Of a stretch of DNA of 64,000 nt, positions 1 through 9,560 are shown piece after piece. The number at the start of each line of letters is the position of its first letter. The stretch's first letter is position 1. This stretch comes from a virus: the IMG/VR virus record IMGVR_UViG_2545824693_000007, positions 925 through 64,924 of that record, one strand, 5' to 3'. The position numbers and the translations under genes are program-made. The notes under the pieces were generated by a model that did no database searches, was not told the origin of the DNA, and saw only the letters and a program-made list of their open reading frames with translations.

Positions 1-1159
1 TTAGCAACTTCTTAAACCATTTCCAGAATACATCATCCACAATGTCAACTCGCCAATTCTTACCTTGACATTGCAACACTTTCTTCCCATTTTGATAGCC
101 TTTCGCATTTTTTCTTCTACACGCATAATACTTATATACACCTGATTTTGATCTTGAAACACTTCCTGATCCACATGAGCTTCCGCAACGGCCACATTTA
201 GCTTTATTTTTCAATAAATAGTCCCTCGGTGATCGACGTCCACCTTTTCTGTTCGCCTTTAAGTGTTTTATAATCTGATCTCTTGTCTCATGATCCCACA
301 TTGGAGGAATTTTAATTAAAACCCATTCCTCTTCAGGTGTTGGGACTTGTTTTTTCTCTCCGTTTATTTGAACCACCTTGGACTTTCCATAATAAAAATC
401 CCCTGTGTAGTCCTCATTTTGAAGAATTCTACTTACTGTTGCTTGATACCAGATGTCGCCATCAGGTGCAGGTAATCCTCTTCGTGAAAGTTCTTTGGCT
501 ATTTCATTTGAAGACATTCCTTGTATTAAGAGCATGTTTTTCATTTCAAGTAATATTGCTCGTTCTTCTTCGTTATATTCTGGAATGTCAGTTTCTTTAT
601 TGAATGTATATCCATATAGCCTTTTAAACGATGGGAACTCGCCTTTTTTTGCCTTAGCGAACCTGCCCCTTTTAGAATTTGCACTGATTTTTGCTTTATT
701 GTATTGGGCAATAGATCCTTGGATATTGTACATAAGCATGGATTCTGGATTTGTTGGATCTACTTCAAATTCAATGAATTCAATATCAACACCCATTGAC
801 CAAATTTTTCGAGAAACAATACCTTGTAATGTATTATCTCTTGTTAATCGATCTGGATGTAGGACAATAAATTTCTTTCCCAATCCTTTTTCCATTAAAT
901 ACAAAGCATGATTAAGAGCAGGTCTATTGGGGTCATCCCCCATTTTACCTGGCTCGATCAGAGCGATTAATTCACTGTCCTTATATCCGAATTTTGTTAT
1001 TGCTCTTTCTTTGCATCTATCAATCTGCGATTCTAATGAATAACCTTTTTTAGCTTGATCGGCTGTGGACACCCTTACATAAATAATTGCATTTATTCTT
1101 CCGATCAGCCCCATTATTTGCTCTGTGTTTAGTCTTTCTTCTCCTTTGAGTATAAGCAA
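1..1159 (-). CDS. Large serine recombinase (integrase), 3' end runs off the window
   Basis: Manual translation from TTG at 1159 (GGAGG 8 nt upstream): ...NAIIYVRVSTADQAKKGYSLESQI...LHPDRLTR...YGY...KCGRCGS Zn-ribbon...CQGKNWRVDIVDD. Frame stays open to base 1. Absent from the ORF track. Confidence 0.92.
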   Translation of the reverse strand, partial: MLILKGEERLNTEQIMGLIGRINAIIYVRVSTADQAKKGYSLESQIDRCKERAITKFGYKDSELIALIEPGKMGDDPNRPALNHALYLMEKGLGKKFIVLHPDRLTRDNTLQGIVSRKIWSMGVDIEFIEFEVDPTNPESMLMYNIQGSIAQYNKAKISANSKRGRFAKAKKGEFPSFKRLYGYTFNKETDIPEYNEEERAILLEMKNMLLIQGMSSNEIAKELSRRGLPAPDGDIWYQATVSRILQNEDYTGDFYYGKSKVVQINGEKKQVPTPEEEWVLIKIPPMWDHETRDQIIKHLKANRKGGRRSPRDYLLKNKAKCGRCGSSCGSGSVSRSKSGVYKYYACRRKNAKGYQNGKKVLQCQGKNWRVDIVDDVFWKWFKKLL

Positions 1160-1204
1160 TTCATCTACCTCCAATTGCTTTATCCTTTATGCTATATAAA
1201 TTAA

Positions 1205-1234
1205 CAAGTATATCACCCGAAGGTGATACACTTG
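1205..1234. terminator. Inverted repeat between the small ORF and the recombinase (terminator or att-like arm)
   Basis: CAAGT-A-TATCACC-CGAA-GGTGATA-C-ACTTG. Confidence 0.5.
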
Positions 1235-1239
1235 AATGC

Positions 1240-1386
1240 CTATATCTTTTTATACTTGTACATTAAGGATACAGCAAAATCATAAAATTTTTTACTTCGC
1301 ATCACCTCCTTAATCCATTCTTGAGCTTCCTCAGTTATTTCTGTTGTTACTTTATAATTTTCTGGGCATTCTATCCGTCTACTCAT
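1240..1386 (-). CDS. 48-aa protein, candidate recombination directionality factor (sprB/yotN position)
   Basis: MSRRIECPENYKVTTEITEEAQEWIKEVMRSKKFYDFAVSLMYKYKKI. ATGA-coupled to the yotM stop and directly upstream of the recombinase. Confidence 0.55.
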   Translation of the reverse strand: MSRRIECPENYKVTTEITEEAQEWIKEVMRSKKFYDFAVSLMYKYKKI

Positions 1387-1985
1387 TGATGTACCACCCC
1401 TAATGATGACTTGGTGCAATCAATGTATGTTGATGTAGGATTGTCCAATGACATATGTTTATGTATAAGCTCATTGCAGAGCTTGTTCAGATAATATGTA
1501 TAATTGATTTTTTTCTTCATCCATCTGACTTCAGTCCCGATCTCCTCACAGATCTTGATCGGTATACTTGATTTATTAATTTTATTCTTATATGTATGTC
1601 CTAACTGATTTTCAGCTATATGTTTATATGTAAGGAAATCATCAATATGTACGAAATATACTTTGTTTTCCGGTTCCCTGAATTGAAACAGGAATCCAGG
1701 AATTATGTATGGATATTTAGCTGCTTCCGCGAGATATTTGATTTGTTGAGGCTTTATAATTTTCTCGCTGAATGAGAAGGACTTATTCTTCGTCGATTTC
1801 ATCTCAACAGGGAACAAGTATCCTTTATAATGAATGAAACAATCATATTTGTTTTTGGATACTGCAGCCCCTCTTCTCAAAAACATGGGATTGACATCTT
1901 TTATTCTGTAAAAGAAAATGTTTTGATCTTTTGCTGATTTTTCAACATTTGCTTCAAATACTTTACCTTGATTACTTGCTGCCAA
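1383..1985 (-). CDS. yotM: RecU-like Holliday junction resolvase
   Basis: GKVFE...YDCF...VEMKST PD-(D/E)xK motifs; position as in SPbeta. Confidence 0.8.
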   Translation of the reverse strand: MAASNQGKVFEANVEKSAKDQNIFFYRIKDVNPMFLRRGAAVSKNKYDCFIHYKGYLFPVEMKSTKNKSFSFSEKIIKPQQIKYLAEAAKYPYIIPGFLFQFREPENKVYFVHIDDFLTYKHIAENQLGHTYKNKINKSSIPIKICEEIGTEVRWMKKKINYTYYLNKLCNELIHKHMSLDNPTSTYIDCTKSSLGVVHQ

Positions 1986-2033
1986 TAAACCACTCTCCCG
2001 TTCTAATTTTTAATTTATTTTCTCTTTAAGACT

Positions 2034-2210
2034 TCATTCCTTTTTCATCATCACCCGACACTGATACATAAGCTCCTCATTATCGTTTGAAAGATTAATA
2101 AGGTTTCGGTGAGCTCTTGAATAATCATTTCCCTTTAAGGCCTCTGTTGCGGTATCTAGTTTTCTCTGAATCTTGTTTAAAATCGATTCAAATTGATTAC
2201 TCTGTTCCAT
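2034..2210 (-). CDS. Hypothetical phage protein
   Basis: ORF, likely start MEQSNQF, overlapping the NADAR stop. Confidence 0.55.
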   Translation of the reverse strand: MEQSNQFESILNKIQRKLDTATEALKGNDYSRAHRNLINLSNDNEELMYQCRVMMKKE

Positions 2211-2637
2211 TCGAAGCCTCCTTAAGTTCATTTCTCACCTTCATTAGAATTTTCCCCAGTTTGTTTTCTCCGACTCCATTACAAACTCCCCAAATCTTGT
2301 CTCCCCAAGTATTACCTTCGATTAAAATTGATTCTCCAGTTTGTAAAAGCTTATTTATGAGGTGATCATTCTGTTCAAATTTAGCTTTCACGATTTCGTA
2401 CATAAACGTTTCTTTAAGTTCTTCCCAATCTTGTCTCAGTTTAACTCTTCGTCCTTTCCTTTTGGCCAAATTAGGGGGAAGGTCTGAAAACTCCGAGTGA
2501 ATCGATTTGTCTGTTACTTTCATTGCTTGAAAGGCAGCTTCATTATTTTGATATGTGATTCCTTGATACATTACTGGGGCTGAATAAAAATTACTTAAGA
2601 AATAATACTTGCCTTTAAATTCATCAATTACATCCAA
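2197..2637 (-). CDS. NADAR (YbiA-like) family protein
   Basis: FLSNFY...EAAFQAMK...KAKFEQN...LLQTG...LIEGNTWGDKIWG...GENKLGKILMKVR signature. Confidence 0.9.
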   Translation of the reverse strand: MDVIDEFKGKYYFLSNFYSAPVMYQGITYQNNEAAFQAMKVTDKSIHSEFSDLPPNLAKRKGRRVKLRQDWEELKETFMYEIVKAKFEQNDHLINKLLQTGESILIEGNTWGDKIWGVCNGVGENKLGKILMKVRNELKEASNGTE

Positions 2638-2875
2638 TCCACATCATTCCTTTTAATTAGTTTATTTAAAAGACCGATTTTATTTTAATCAAAATAAACC
2701 ACCAAATATATACCCCCAAACACCAAAATTTCATAAATGTAAAGTTATAACCATACAGGATACCATTGAGGAGTAGCATTAAATGATTCTTCAGATTCTG
2801 TACTAAAAATAAATTTTTCGAATCGTTTGTCTCCATTGCTCTCCTCAAAAGCCCCTGATCTAATGATTCTTTCAT

Positions 2876-3238
2876 TTATTTGTCTTCATCTTTTATATGT
2901 TGTAACCCCCATTCAAGAGAAAATTTTGCATCATATAACTCATTGAGCCAATTTTGCGATGGATTAGAATTAGTTCTAATCGTCATATTGGCAGATACAT
3001 CATGTAGCGCTCTTGAATAGTTATTAAAATCATAATCATCTGCAATAGCAGTTTTTTCATATTGGTTGGCATTTTTAAGAGTATCTTTTAAGTTTTTCTT
3101 GAACACAGTTAACATTCTTTGTGCTTCTTGTTTTACTTCTTCATTCATTGGCTTATTTTTTCTTATCAATTCTGTAATCTCATCAATTGACTCGATAAAA
3201 AACTGTAAGTTCTGTTTATAAATTTGCTTATTGCTCAT
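2876..3238 (-). CDS. Hypothetical protein (yotI-like size and position)
   Basis: 120-aa ORF with RBS. Confidence 0.6.
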   Translation of the reverse strand: MSNKQIYKQNLQFFIESIDEITELIRKNKPMNEEVKQEAQRMLTVFKKNLKDTLKNANQYEKTAIADDYDFNNYSRALHDVSANMTIRTNSNPSQNWLNELYDAKFSLEWGLQHIKDEDK

Positions 3239-3336
3239 GATAATTCATCCCTCTATTCTTCTATTATATACAATTAAAATTATATCACGATTGACTCGTT
3301 TCTAAATCCTAACCCTTTCTAAATGAAATCAACACT

Positions 3337-3528
3337 TTATATAGTATGATGAAAATAAATCGATTCATTTTTGTATACAAATCCAATATCGCCATCATCT
3401 TCATGAAACATATTACACGTCAATTTATTCCCATTTTCCTCGTTTACTTCGACTGTCATGTTTTCAAAATTTTGCTTACCAATTTGGACTGACACAATAC
3501 CATGTTGTGTATGATATTTAAACATCAC
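3337..3528 (-). CDS. Hypothetical protein (yotC-like)
   Basis: 63-aa ORF directly downstream of yotB, as in SPbeta. Confidence 0.6.
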   Translation of the reverse strand: MMFKYHTQHGIVSVQIGKQNFENMTVEVNEENGNKLTCNMFHEDDGDIGFVYKNESIYFHHTI

Positions 3529-3563
3529 TCTTCCTCACTTCTGAATAAAATTAGAATTTCATT

Positions 3564-4391
3564 TCAAATCTCAAAGGTTTTGACCTCAAACTTTTTATAG
3601 GTATCTACTTCATTACCTGGTATCTCGTTTACACTCGGATACTTATCGTAGTCGTATGGATACCCAATACAGTTCATGTGAAAGCTTGTCCCCTCATGAT
3701 TAAACTCAGTTTGCAAATGTTCATGCCCACAAATCCAATGTTTAGCATTAATGAATGGTACATCGACCATATAGCAGCTATTAGGTTCAAATGGAGAAAA
3801 AGGATTATGAACAGGAGGGACATGAGAAACAAACACATCGATGTGAGTTTTTTCGAGCGTTTCATACCAATCCATCGAACCTTTCCACATTGCTCTTACT
3901 CCATCTTCCTTACTGTAACCATTAATGCTAATGTAATTTGAGTCATTAGAGACTCCTTTGAAGAAATCCCATCCTTCAATTCCTTTTGGCAAATACCACA
4001 TAGCATCTCCTGCAAAGACTTTCCCTTTGAAAGTATCCATTGACTTGATCAACGGAGTCACATTCTTTATGTCATCAGCCTTTTTGACTAAATCATTCAC
4101 CCTGCCTAATGAATCAGAGTATTTTCTTTTTTGACTTTTACTGAGTAAATAAAGATCATGATTTCCATATGTGAAATAAACCTTCTCGTACTGTTTTGCT
4201 ACTTCATCTAAAACCCAAATGGCTTGTTGATTCCATTCAGTAAAATCACCAGCAATGATTAGTACCTCTCCATTGCCGTTTGAAATTAGCCTCTTAACAA
4301 TCTCCCTCGTTCGCTTCTCCCATTTGAGCTGGTTATTACTCCAAGGAATCCAATGATTGATATGGAGATCTGATACATAGTCAATTTTCAT
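3564..4391 (-). CDS. yotB: Calcineurin-like metallophosphoesterase
   Basis: SDLH, IAGD, GNHD, SHVPP, GHEH motifs; 275 aa. Confidence 0.9.
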   Translation of the reverse strand: MKIDYVSDLHINHWIPWSNNQLKWEKRTREIVKRLISNGNGEVLIIAGDFTEWNQQAIWVLDEVAKQYEKVYFTYGNHDLYLLSKSQKRKYSDSLGRVNDLVKKADDIKNVTPLIKSMDTFKGKVFAGDAMWYLPKGIEGWDFFKGVSNDSNYISINGYSKEDGVRAMWKGSMDWYETLEKTHIDVFVSHVPPVHNPFSPFEPNSCYMVDVPFINAKHWICGHEHLQTEFNHEGTSFHMNCIGYPYDYDKYPSVNEIPGNEVDTYKKFEVKTFEI

Positions 4392-4410
4392 TTTATCCTC
4401 CTTTCTTTGC

Positions 4411-4935
4411 TTAAACTGTCTCCTTCTTCTTCGCTAAGTTTAACCTCATTTCATAGTAATCAGCTTCAGTGGTTTCATGTAAGTAATCTAAGTGCTGCTC
4501 TTCATGAGACTCAATCCAGAATTCTTCATTATAATAATTGATTTCAATTCGTCCTCTAAAATTATGAAAGAATCTGACCACCATGGTTAAATTTTGACGA
4601 GTGATCACATTGTTCAAATCATGATCTTTAACAAATTTCAAGAATGCTTTATAAGGCTTTGACCTTTTCTTGAACTCATAATATGTTTTGTCTCCTGAGC
4701 ATACTGGATGCTTTTTTAAATCACTTCCTTCGACTTCATTTTTGAATTTGCTCTCGACAAACAGAACAGGTTCAGAACTCCTACTATAACCAACCTTATT
4801 GCAGGCGTCTTCTATTCCAAGAGCTTGACTTATTTCATCGTTCATCTCCTTAAGAAAATTACCTTTGATGTAAAAAACGTATTCTAAATCCCTATGTAAG
4901 TCAGAATTTTTGTCAACCTTATAATATTTAGTCAT
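4411..4935 (-). CDS. Hypothetical phage protein
   Basis: 174-aa ORF with RBS. Confidence 0.6.
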   Translation of the reverse strand: MTKYYKVDKNSDLHRDLEYVFYIKGNFLKEMNDEISQALGIEDACNKVGYSRSSEPVLFVESKFKNEVEGSDLKKHPVCSGDKTYYEFKKRSKPYKAFLKFVKDHDLNNVITRQNLTMVVRFFHNFRGRIEINYYNEEFWIESHEEQHLDYLHETTEADYYEMRLNLAKKKETV

Positions 4936-4958
4936 TAGATCCCTTCTTTCATATAGAG

Positions 4959-4988
4959 TGAATAAAACAGTTTTAAATTGAAATAATA
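4959..4988 (+). promoter_or_regulatory. Putative sigma-G (forespore) promoter of sspC
   Basis: TGAATA-17 nt-AATAATA upstream of the SASP gene. Confidence 0.5.
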
Positions 4989-5031
4989 AATGTGCAATAC
5001 CATTTCATATTCAAAACAGGAGATGATTTGT

Positions 5032-5232
5032 ATGGTACGCAACAATAATAATGAATTACTTATTCCAAATGCTCAGTCAGCTATTGAACAAATGAAGTTT
5101 GAAATAGCTCAAGAGTTTGGTGTTCAATTAGGTGCTGAGACTACTTCAAGAGCAAATGGTTCAGTTGGTGGAGAAATCACTAAACGCCTTGTTCAAATGG
5201 CTCAACAGCAAATGGGTGGCCAATTTCATTAA
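5032..5232 (+). CDS. sspC: Alpha/beta-type small acid-soluble spore protein
   Basis: [34 protein letters not shown] signature; ATG at 5032 after GGAG. Confidence 0.93.
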   Translation: MVRNNNNELLIPNAQSAIEQMKFEIAQEFGVQLGAETTSRANGSVGGEITKRLVQMAQQQMGGQFH

Positions 5233-5238
5233 TTCTTT

Positions 5239-5254
5239 GAGGGGCAATCCCCTC
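5239..5254. terminator. Hairpin after sspC
   Basis: GAGGGG-CAAT-CCCCTC. Confidence 0.55.
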
Positions 5255-5593
5255 TGCATTCTTTTAATTGATTCAGGGTAGTAATACCAGTCATAAAAGC
5301 ACATTGCCTTGATCTCTAAAGAAATCTTCAAGTCTATAAGCTGCAAATTAATTTGTGGACGCTTTGCATCCGGTAGCCAGGACGCAGTTTCTTTCGTTAG
5401 TCATAGTCGCGAATCTCCTTACGATCAATTCGTTTTCGTATAGTGCGCTCGTGCTTCGATCGCATCCGTTTGTCAGCGCCTTTAACTCTCGGTTCGGAAT
5501 ACATACCGTCGTATGTCCAATCATATCCGCTGTATTTCTTAAACACCGTTGTCTTTAGGCGTCTGTGAGACGTCACTCTCGCTCCTCCTTTCG

Positions 5594-5797
5594 TTAGATC
5601 AATTCCGCAAGCATATGCGTTATTAATTCGACTCTTCTGCGTTGCTTATAAGAACCGATGTAATAGTCGCTGGAACGAAGCTCTTCCGTCAAAGCTTCGA
5701 TCTTATCGATTAACTCATCCGTATGACCTTGTCTTTCGGCCAACTTCGTAACCTCTACGTATTCCGGAGTGCCAAACGTCAAATGTCCGATTTTCAT
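5594..5797 (-). CDS. Hypothetical phage protein
   Basis: Likely start MKIGHL after GAGGTG. Confidence 0.55.
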   Translation of the reverse strand: MKIGHLTFGTPEYVEVTKLAERQGHTDELIDKIEALTEELRSSDYYIGSYKQRRRVELITHMLAELI

Positions 5798-5960
5798 TCG
5801 CCCACCTCTTCGCACAAGTATTTTCGATAACACCCTTCGCAGTAAACGTATTTAGGTACTTCGCCTTTCGGAAATCTCTCTTTGCTTCCGCAATAAGGGC
5901 ACTCGACGCCCTTAGTTTGCCGCAAATATTTTCCGAGGTTATCCCACTTTCTTGCGTCAA

Positions 5961-6971
5961 TCACTCGCCCACCTCCGTCCGGCTGTCGTCGATGATTCGT
6001 CTAAGATGGCGCGTGACTGCGATAGACGAGATAGCGGCTTTATCTAGTCCAGTACCGATGTATTCACCGTCCGCAACAACTTTCACATGTCTTACATCTT
6101 TAAGAGATCCACATTCCACAACATCCCCCACACGAACCTCAGTCGGCTGCGGTGCGTTAAGATATTCGTCAGGTACTTCGAGTCCAAGTGCACGATGAAG
6201 AGCGATGGCTTCTCCGATATGGACGTTGAAGCAATCGTCCGGTGCGGCCTTGGCGATTCCTCTGCGGACTATGTTCGTACATCCTCTCAGTTTTCTCAAA
6301 ACCACGACGGTTCTTTTTTCGGTGTTTACGATGAATTCGTGATCATGTCCGATGTCTCTTTTGAGTAAACCCGATACATCCGCCTTCGCCTGCTCGACGA
6401 TTTCATCCCGGCGTTCTTGCGCGGTCTTTTCTGGCTTCCGCATATAAGTCGCTTCCATGTCCGCATCGAATTTTCCTTGCTTATATCCTTCGCCATAAGA
6501 ACGTAGGCTGATCGCCCTCATAACCGCTTCTCCATGCTCGATTAATTCATCGTAACCCATTGCGTCCAAATCGATCTCCACTTCGTCATCCTCCTCGTTT
6601 TTAACTTCGTTATTTACGATGACTTCGTATTCTGAAGTCCAGAATACAAACCCTGCGTCAGTTACAATGTGTTCGTTATTATCGCTCGACGCACTTACGC
6701 ATTTATGAACCTTGTGAATTTGTCCGTTGTTATACGTACCCAATTCATCATCAACAATCAGAATTCGCTCGCCAACTTTGGCCGGACGCTTTTCTGTGAC
6801 GATAAGCTCGGCGTCTTCGACATTAACAAGACGGCCAACTCCCGGAACCCTAACGTCGTAGAACGAGACTGTCTCTCCAGTCAATTCGAACACCTCCCCG
6901 ATCTTATCCGCATACCAACTCGACTCATATCTCGCCTTCAAAATCCGCACATACTTTTTCGTTTTAGTCAT
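5961..6971 (-). CDS. Hypothetical phage protein (336 aa)
   Basis: Start MTKTKKY after GGAGG; the longer ORF-track start overlaps the upstream gene. Confidence 0.7.
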   Translation of the reverse strand: MTKTKKYVRILKARYESSWYADKIGEVFELTGETVSFYDVRVPGVGRLVNVEDAELIVTEKRPAKVGERILIVDDELGTYNNGQIHKVHKCVSASSDNNEHIVTDAGFVFWTSEYEVIVNNEVKNEEDDEVEIDLDAMGYDELIEHGEAVMRAISLRSYGEGYKQGKFDADMEATYMRKPEKTAQERRDEIVEQAKADVSGLLKRDIGHDHEFIVNTEKRTVVVLRKLRGCTNIVRRGIAKAAPDDCFNVHIGEAIALHRALGLEVPDEYLNAPQPTEVRVGDVVECGSLKDVRHVKVVADGEYIGTGLDKAAISSIAVTRHLRRIIDDSRTEVGE

Positions 6972-6985
6972 CGCAATCCCTCCGT

Positions 6986-7369
6986 TTAATAAAAGTCGTC
7001 GCCGATTTCCGCCTGCTGCTCCCGCCTTTGTTGCGCTGCTGCTTCGGCCTTGATTTCCGCCACTGCCCGCTGCAAATTCCGTCCCATATACGTCTGCATA
7101 AATCCGAAGCTGATGCCCGGCCATTCTGCCGTCGGCCTGTATTCTGCAAAGCACAGGTCGATGAAGCGCTTCGTTACTTCCGGCCCGTATTCGCCTGGCT
7201 TCCGTTTCGTTCCGACCCAGCGCCCGAGCATTCCCGCTTCGGCCTTCCATGGTTCGCGAGTAGGCATCGGAACGTAAGGGACGCCGTACAGCCGCTCATG
7301 CTCCGCTTTTAAATACGATTGAAAGTCGCGCACATTCCACTTGGATACCGGCTTATCTGTCGTCGGCAT
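6986..7369 (-). CDS. Hypothetical phage protein
   Basis: Start MPTTDKP, coupled to the upstream stop. Confidence 0.65.
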   Translation of the reverse strand: MPTTDKPVSKWNVRDFQSYLKAEHERLYGVPYVPMPTREPWKAEAGMLGRWVGTKRKPGEYGPEVTKRFIDLCFAEYRPTAEWPGISFGFMQTYMGRNLQRAVAEIKAEAAAQQRREQQAEIGDDFY

Positions 7370-7781
7370 TTTCGTCACCCATTTCGTTAAGAATCGCATA
7401 ATAATCGTATTCTTGCGCATAGGATTCGTAGAGGTCGATTTTACGCCGCAAGTCCGAAATTTCCTCCGCCATGTGATCCTTTTCCGCTAATAACGATTCA
7501 ATAATGGGTCGGTCGGCAATCGGACACATTCTCGCTATATCCGACGCAAGTTCCGCAATGTGATCGAGTAAAGCCGGAATATCTTGCCGGGCGTGCGCGA
7601 TGAACTCTGCGTCTTCTTTCGTTACTGCCGCCGCAACGCCGTCCCAATGTGTGTTTACCCAATACCGAAGATTTTCGTTTCCCGGCCACTCACTATCATC
7701 TGCGGCCCAATAGCTCTCCGTTGCCGCTTCCACACGCTGACGGATCGTTTCGAGTTGGTCTTTCGTTAGTTTAGAAGTCAT
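7353..7781 (-). CDS. Hypothetical phage protein (Ead/Ea22-like AEFIAHAR motif)
   Basis: DAEFIAHARQDIPALLD motif common in small phage proteins. Confidence 0.6.
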   Translation of the reverse strand: MTSKLTKDQLETIRQRVEAATESYWAADDSEWPGNENLRYWVNTHWDGVAAAVTKEDAEFIAHARQDIPALLDHIAELASDIARMCPIADRPIIESLLAEKDHMAEEISDLRRKIDLYESYAQEYDYYAILNEMGDENADDR

Positions 7782-7806
7782 ATTTTTCGTCACCTTCTTC
7801 GTATAT

Positions 7807-8055
7807 TTAATCGTTATCAATTGGTTCAGCCACTACGGACACGCCGTCAACACGCCATTCGGAAAACTCATGATCTATTCCCATAATATCCACGCTACCT
7901 CTGTATGTGTAATAGCTGTAGTCAATCGATTTGACGCGTTGACCATACTTCGCCAAATCAGCGTTGACAATCCGCCTGAATTCGGAAAGATCATAAGACT
8001 TTAAATTAGCGTTGTTAATTCGGCTTAATTCGGAAAACTCATAAATCATTCTCAT
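7807..8055 (-). CDS. Hypothetical phage protein
   Basis: 82-aa ORF, TAATG coupling. Confidence 0.55.
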   Translation of the reverse strand: MRMIYEFSELSRINNANLKSYDLSEFRRIVNADLAKYGQRVKSIDYSYYTYRGSVDIMGIDHEFSEWRVDGVSVVAEPIDND

Positions 8056-8387
8056 TACGCATTCACCCCTTCGATTTTAATTCCTAGTAGGTCGAGCGTA
8101 TCTTGAACGGCTTCTTTCCGTTCCATTGCGCTAGGTGAACCCCCGTAAGATTCGTAATACTCCCGCACCTTCTCCTCCGGCGTCTTTTCGACTTCATATC
8201 CGTTGATTAATGCGGCTAAAAAGTCCGTAAACCCAAGGTCGTACAAACAAGCGCAACCAGAATCGAATAAATCTAGTTCACTTTCGATGTACTTAATAAC
8301 AATCTCTTCGTCAGTGTACTGTTCTCGTAACTTTTCGAATGCCTCCGCCTGCTCCTTCGTAATTACCGGCTTTTTAATTTCGCTCAT
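8055..8387 (-). CDS. DUF1642-like phage protein
   Basis: KPVITKEQAE...FLAALINGYEVEK pattern. Confidence 0.6.
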   Translation of the reverse strand: MSEIKKPVITKEQAEAFEKLREQYTDEEIVIKYIESELDLFDSGCACLYDLGFTDFLAALINGYEVEKTPEEKVREYYESYGGSPSAMERKEAVQDTLDLLGIKIEGVNA

Positions 8388-8400
8388 CTATTCGCCCTCC

Positions 8401-8784
8401 TTATACTGAGAATGCCTCGTATATCTCCCGGATCTCTTTTGATAATTCCGTATAGTCCGTCTTACTTTCGTCCAAAGCTGGCAAGCAATCCGCGAGCATT
8501 TTAATAAGTTTAACGCTGTATTCGTCGCATTCTTCGTACAGATATTTGTGGAATTCATCGGAAGCCTTCATCCGCTCGACCGTTTGCTTTACGAGGTCTC
8601 TTACGCCCTCCGGATAAGCTACCGCATATTCGAGTGTGCCTTCCTCGAATCCGTAATCTTTAGGTAGCATATCGCGAATAACCGCGAGTTCCCGTGCCCA
8701 ACGCTCGTTTTCTTCCTTCAGCCGCTCGTTTTCCGCAATCAATTCGGCTACAGTGCAGCGTAGGTCTGCGATTTCGTCCGTCAT
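8401..8784 (-). CDS. Hypothetical coiled-coil phage protein
   Basis: Start MTDEIAD after GGAGG. Confidence 0.6.
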   Translation of the reverse strand: MTDEIADLRCTVAELIAENERLKEENERWARELAVIRDMLPKDYGFEEGTLEYAVAYPEGVRDLVKQTVERMKASDEFHKYLYEECDEYSVKLIKMLADCLPALDESKTDYTELSKEIREIYEAFSV

Positions 8785-8952
8785 TTTAACGCCTCCACTC
8801 ATCGTCTTTTTTGATAACCGTCAAACCTTCCTCGCTTCGTTTGGTGTTTTCCTCCGCAATCTCGGCTAATTTCAAACGCTGTTTGTCGGTGAGCTCCGAG
8901 ATTCGTCTCGTACCATCCGCCACATTATCACCGCCTCTCCGTCGTTTTATCG

Positions 8953-9525
8953 TCAGCCCTTACGATTACCCTCGACCGTCAGCAAAGCCGCTAATTCCCC
9001 GCGAAATTCCCGTATAATTCGTGCGAGCTCTTCCAGCGTCGTGGCGTCCGATAATTTAATCCGCCGATCCATGACGAACTCGATTGCGCGATCAACCGAT
9101 GAGAAGTACGCGATCTCTCGCCAACGTGCGATTGGCGACGGGTCAAGGTCGGGATTTTCGGCGAGCCGCTTCGGCCAGTTCGGCGCTTTCGTTGGATCCG
9201 TGAAATAGCGTTCCTTGACGATGATATTGCGTTCGTCTGACGTGAGTTTGTAGTCGGGGGAAATCGGGATTTCAATCGTCATGGTTTTCGTCATCTCCTT
9301 CGTTAATTGATTCGCTTGAATTTCTTTATAAAATGCCTCATCACACCCGCATTCAGGACAAACCTGTATGTCTGTATCGAAACCGTCGTAGTCCATAACA
9401 GTTTTTGTTTGAGGACTTTTAAATACATGCCCTTCATGACACCTATAAACCTTTTCAGAATCATCTTCTGTGACAGAGATGAATATCAATGTTAAAGAAA
9501 TAAGAATTAGAAAAAAATAAACCAT
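8953..9525 (-). CDS. Apparent read-through fusion of an AT-rich Zn-ribbon protein with a GC-rich phage protein (own start at 9282)
   Basis: N-terminal half CHEGH/CPECGC; internal AAGGAGATGA RBS before MTIEIP; GC shift at the junction. Confidence 0.55.
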   Translation of the reverse strand: MVYFFLILISLTLIFISVTEDDSEKVYRCHEGHVFKSPQTKTVMDYDGFDTDIQVCPECGCDEAFYKEIQANQLTKEMTKTMTIEIPISPDYKLTSDERNIIVKERYFTDPTKAPNWPKRLAENPDLDPSPIARWREIAYFSSVDRAIEFVMDRRIKLSDATTLEELARIIREFRGELAALLTVEGNRKG

Positions 9526-9560
9526 CTCTCGACCCCTTATATATTTTTAATTAGTTTATA

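Larger units (their letters stand above)
5355..9310 (-). other. GC-rich block of genes from a different phage lineage
   Basis: Sharp composition shift (counted: 34/60 GC at 7081-7140 versus 18/60 at 4861-4920); truncated or fused ORFs at both edges; boundaries approximate. Confidence 0.7.

Noticed and set aside
1-195. 64-aa ORF from the track
   Set aside because: Alternative frame inside the serine recombinase, whose true frame stays open past base 1.
337-911. Plus-strand ORFs 337-603 and 453-911, and similar antisense ORFs (e.g. 14880-15386, 23427-23816, 45439-45840)
   Set aside because: Shadows of well-supported minus-strand genes, with no RBS or recognisable domain.
4763-4776. GAAC..GTTC as a second SOS box
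   Set aside because: Only a 2-nt spacer, and it lies inside a coding region.
6972-7250. N-terminal extension of the 429-aa ORF
   Set aside because: It overlaps the 6986-7369 gene in another frame; the RBS supports a start at 6971.
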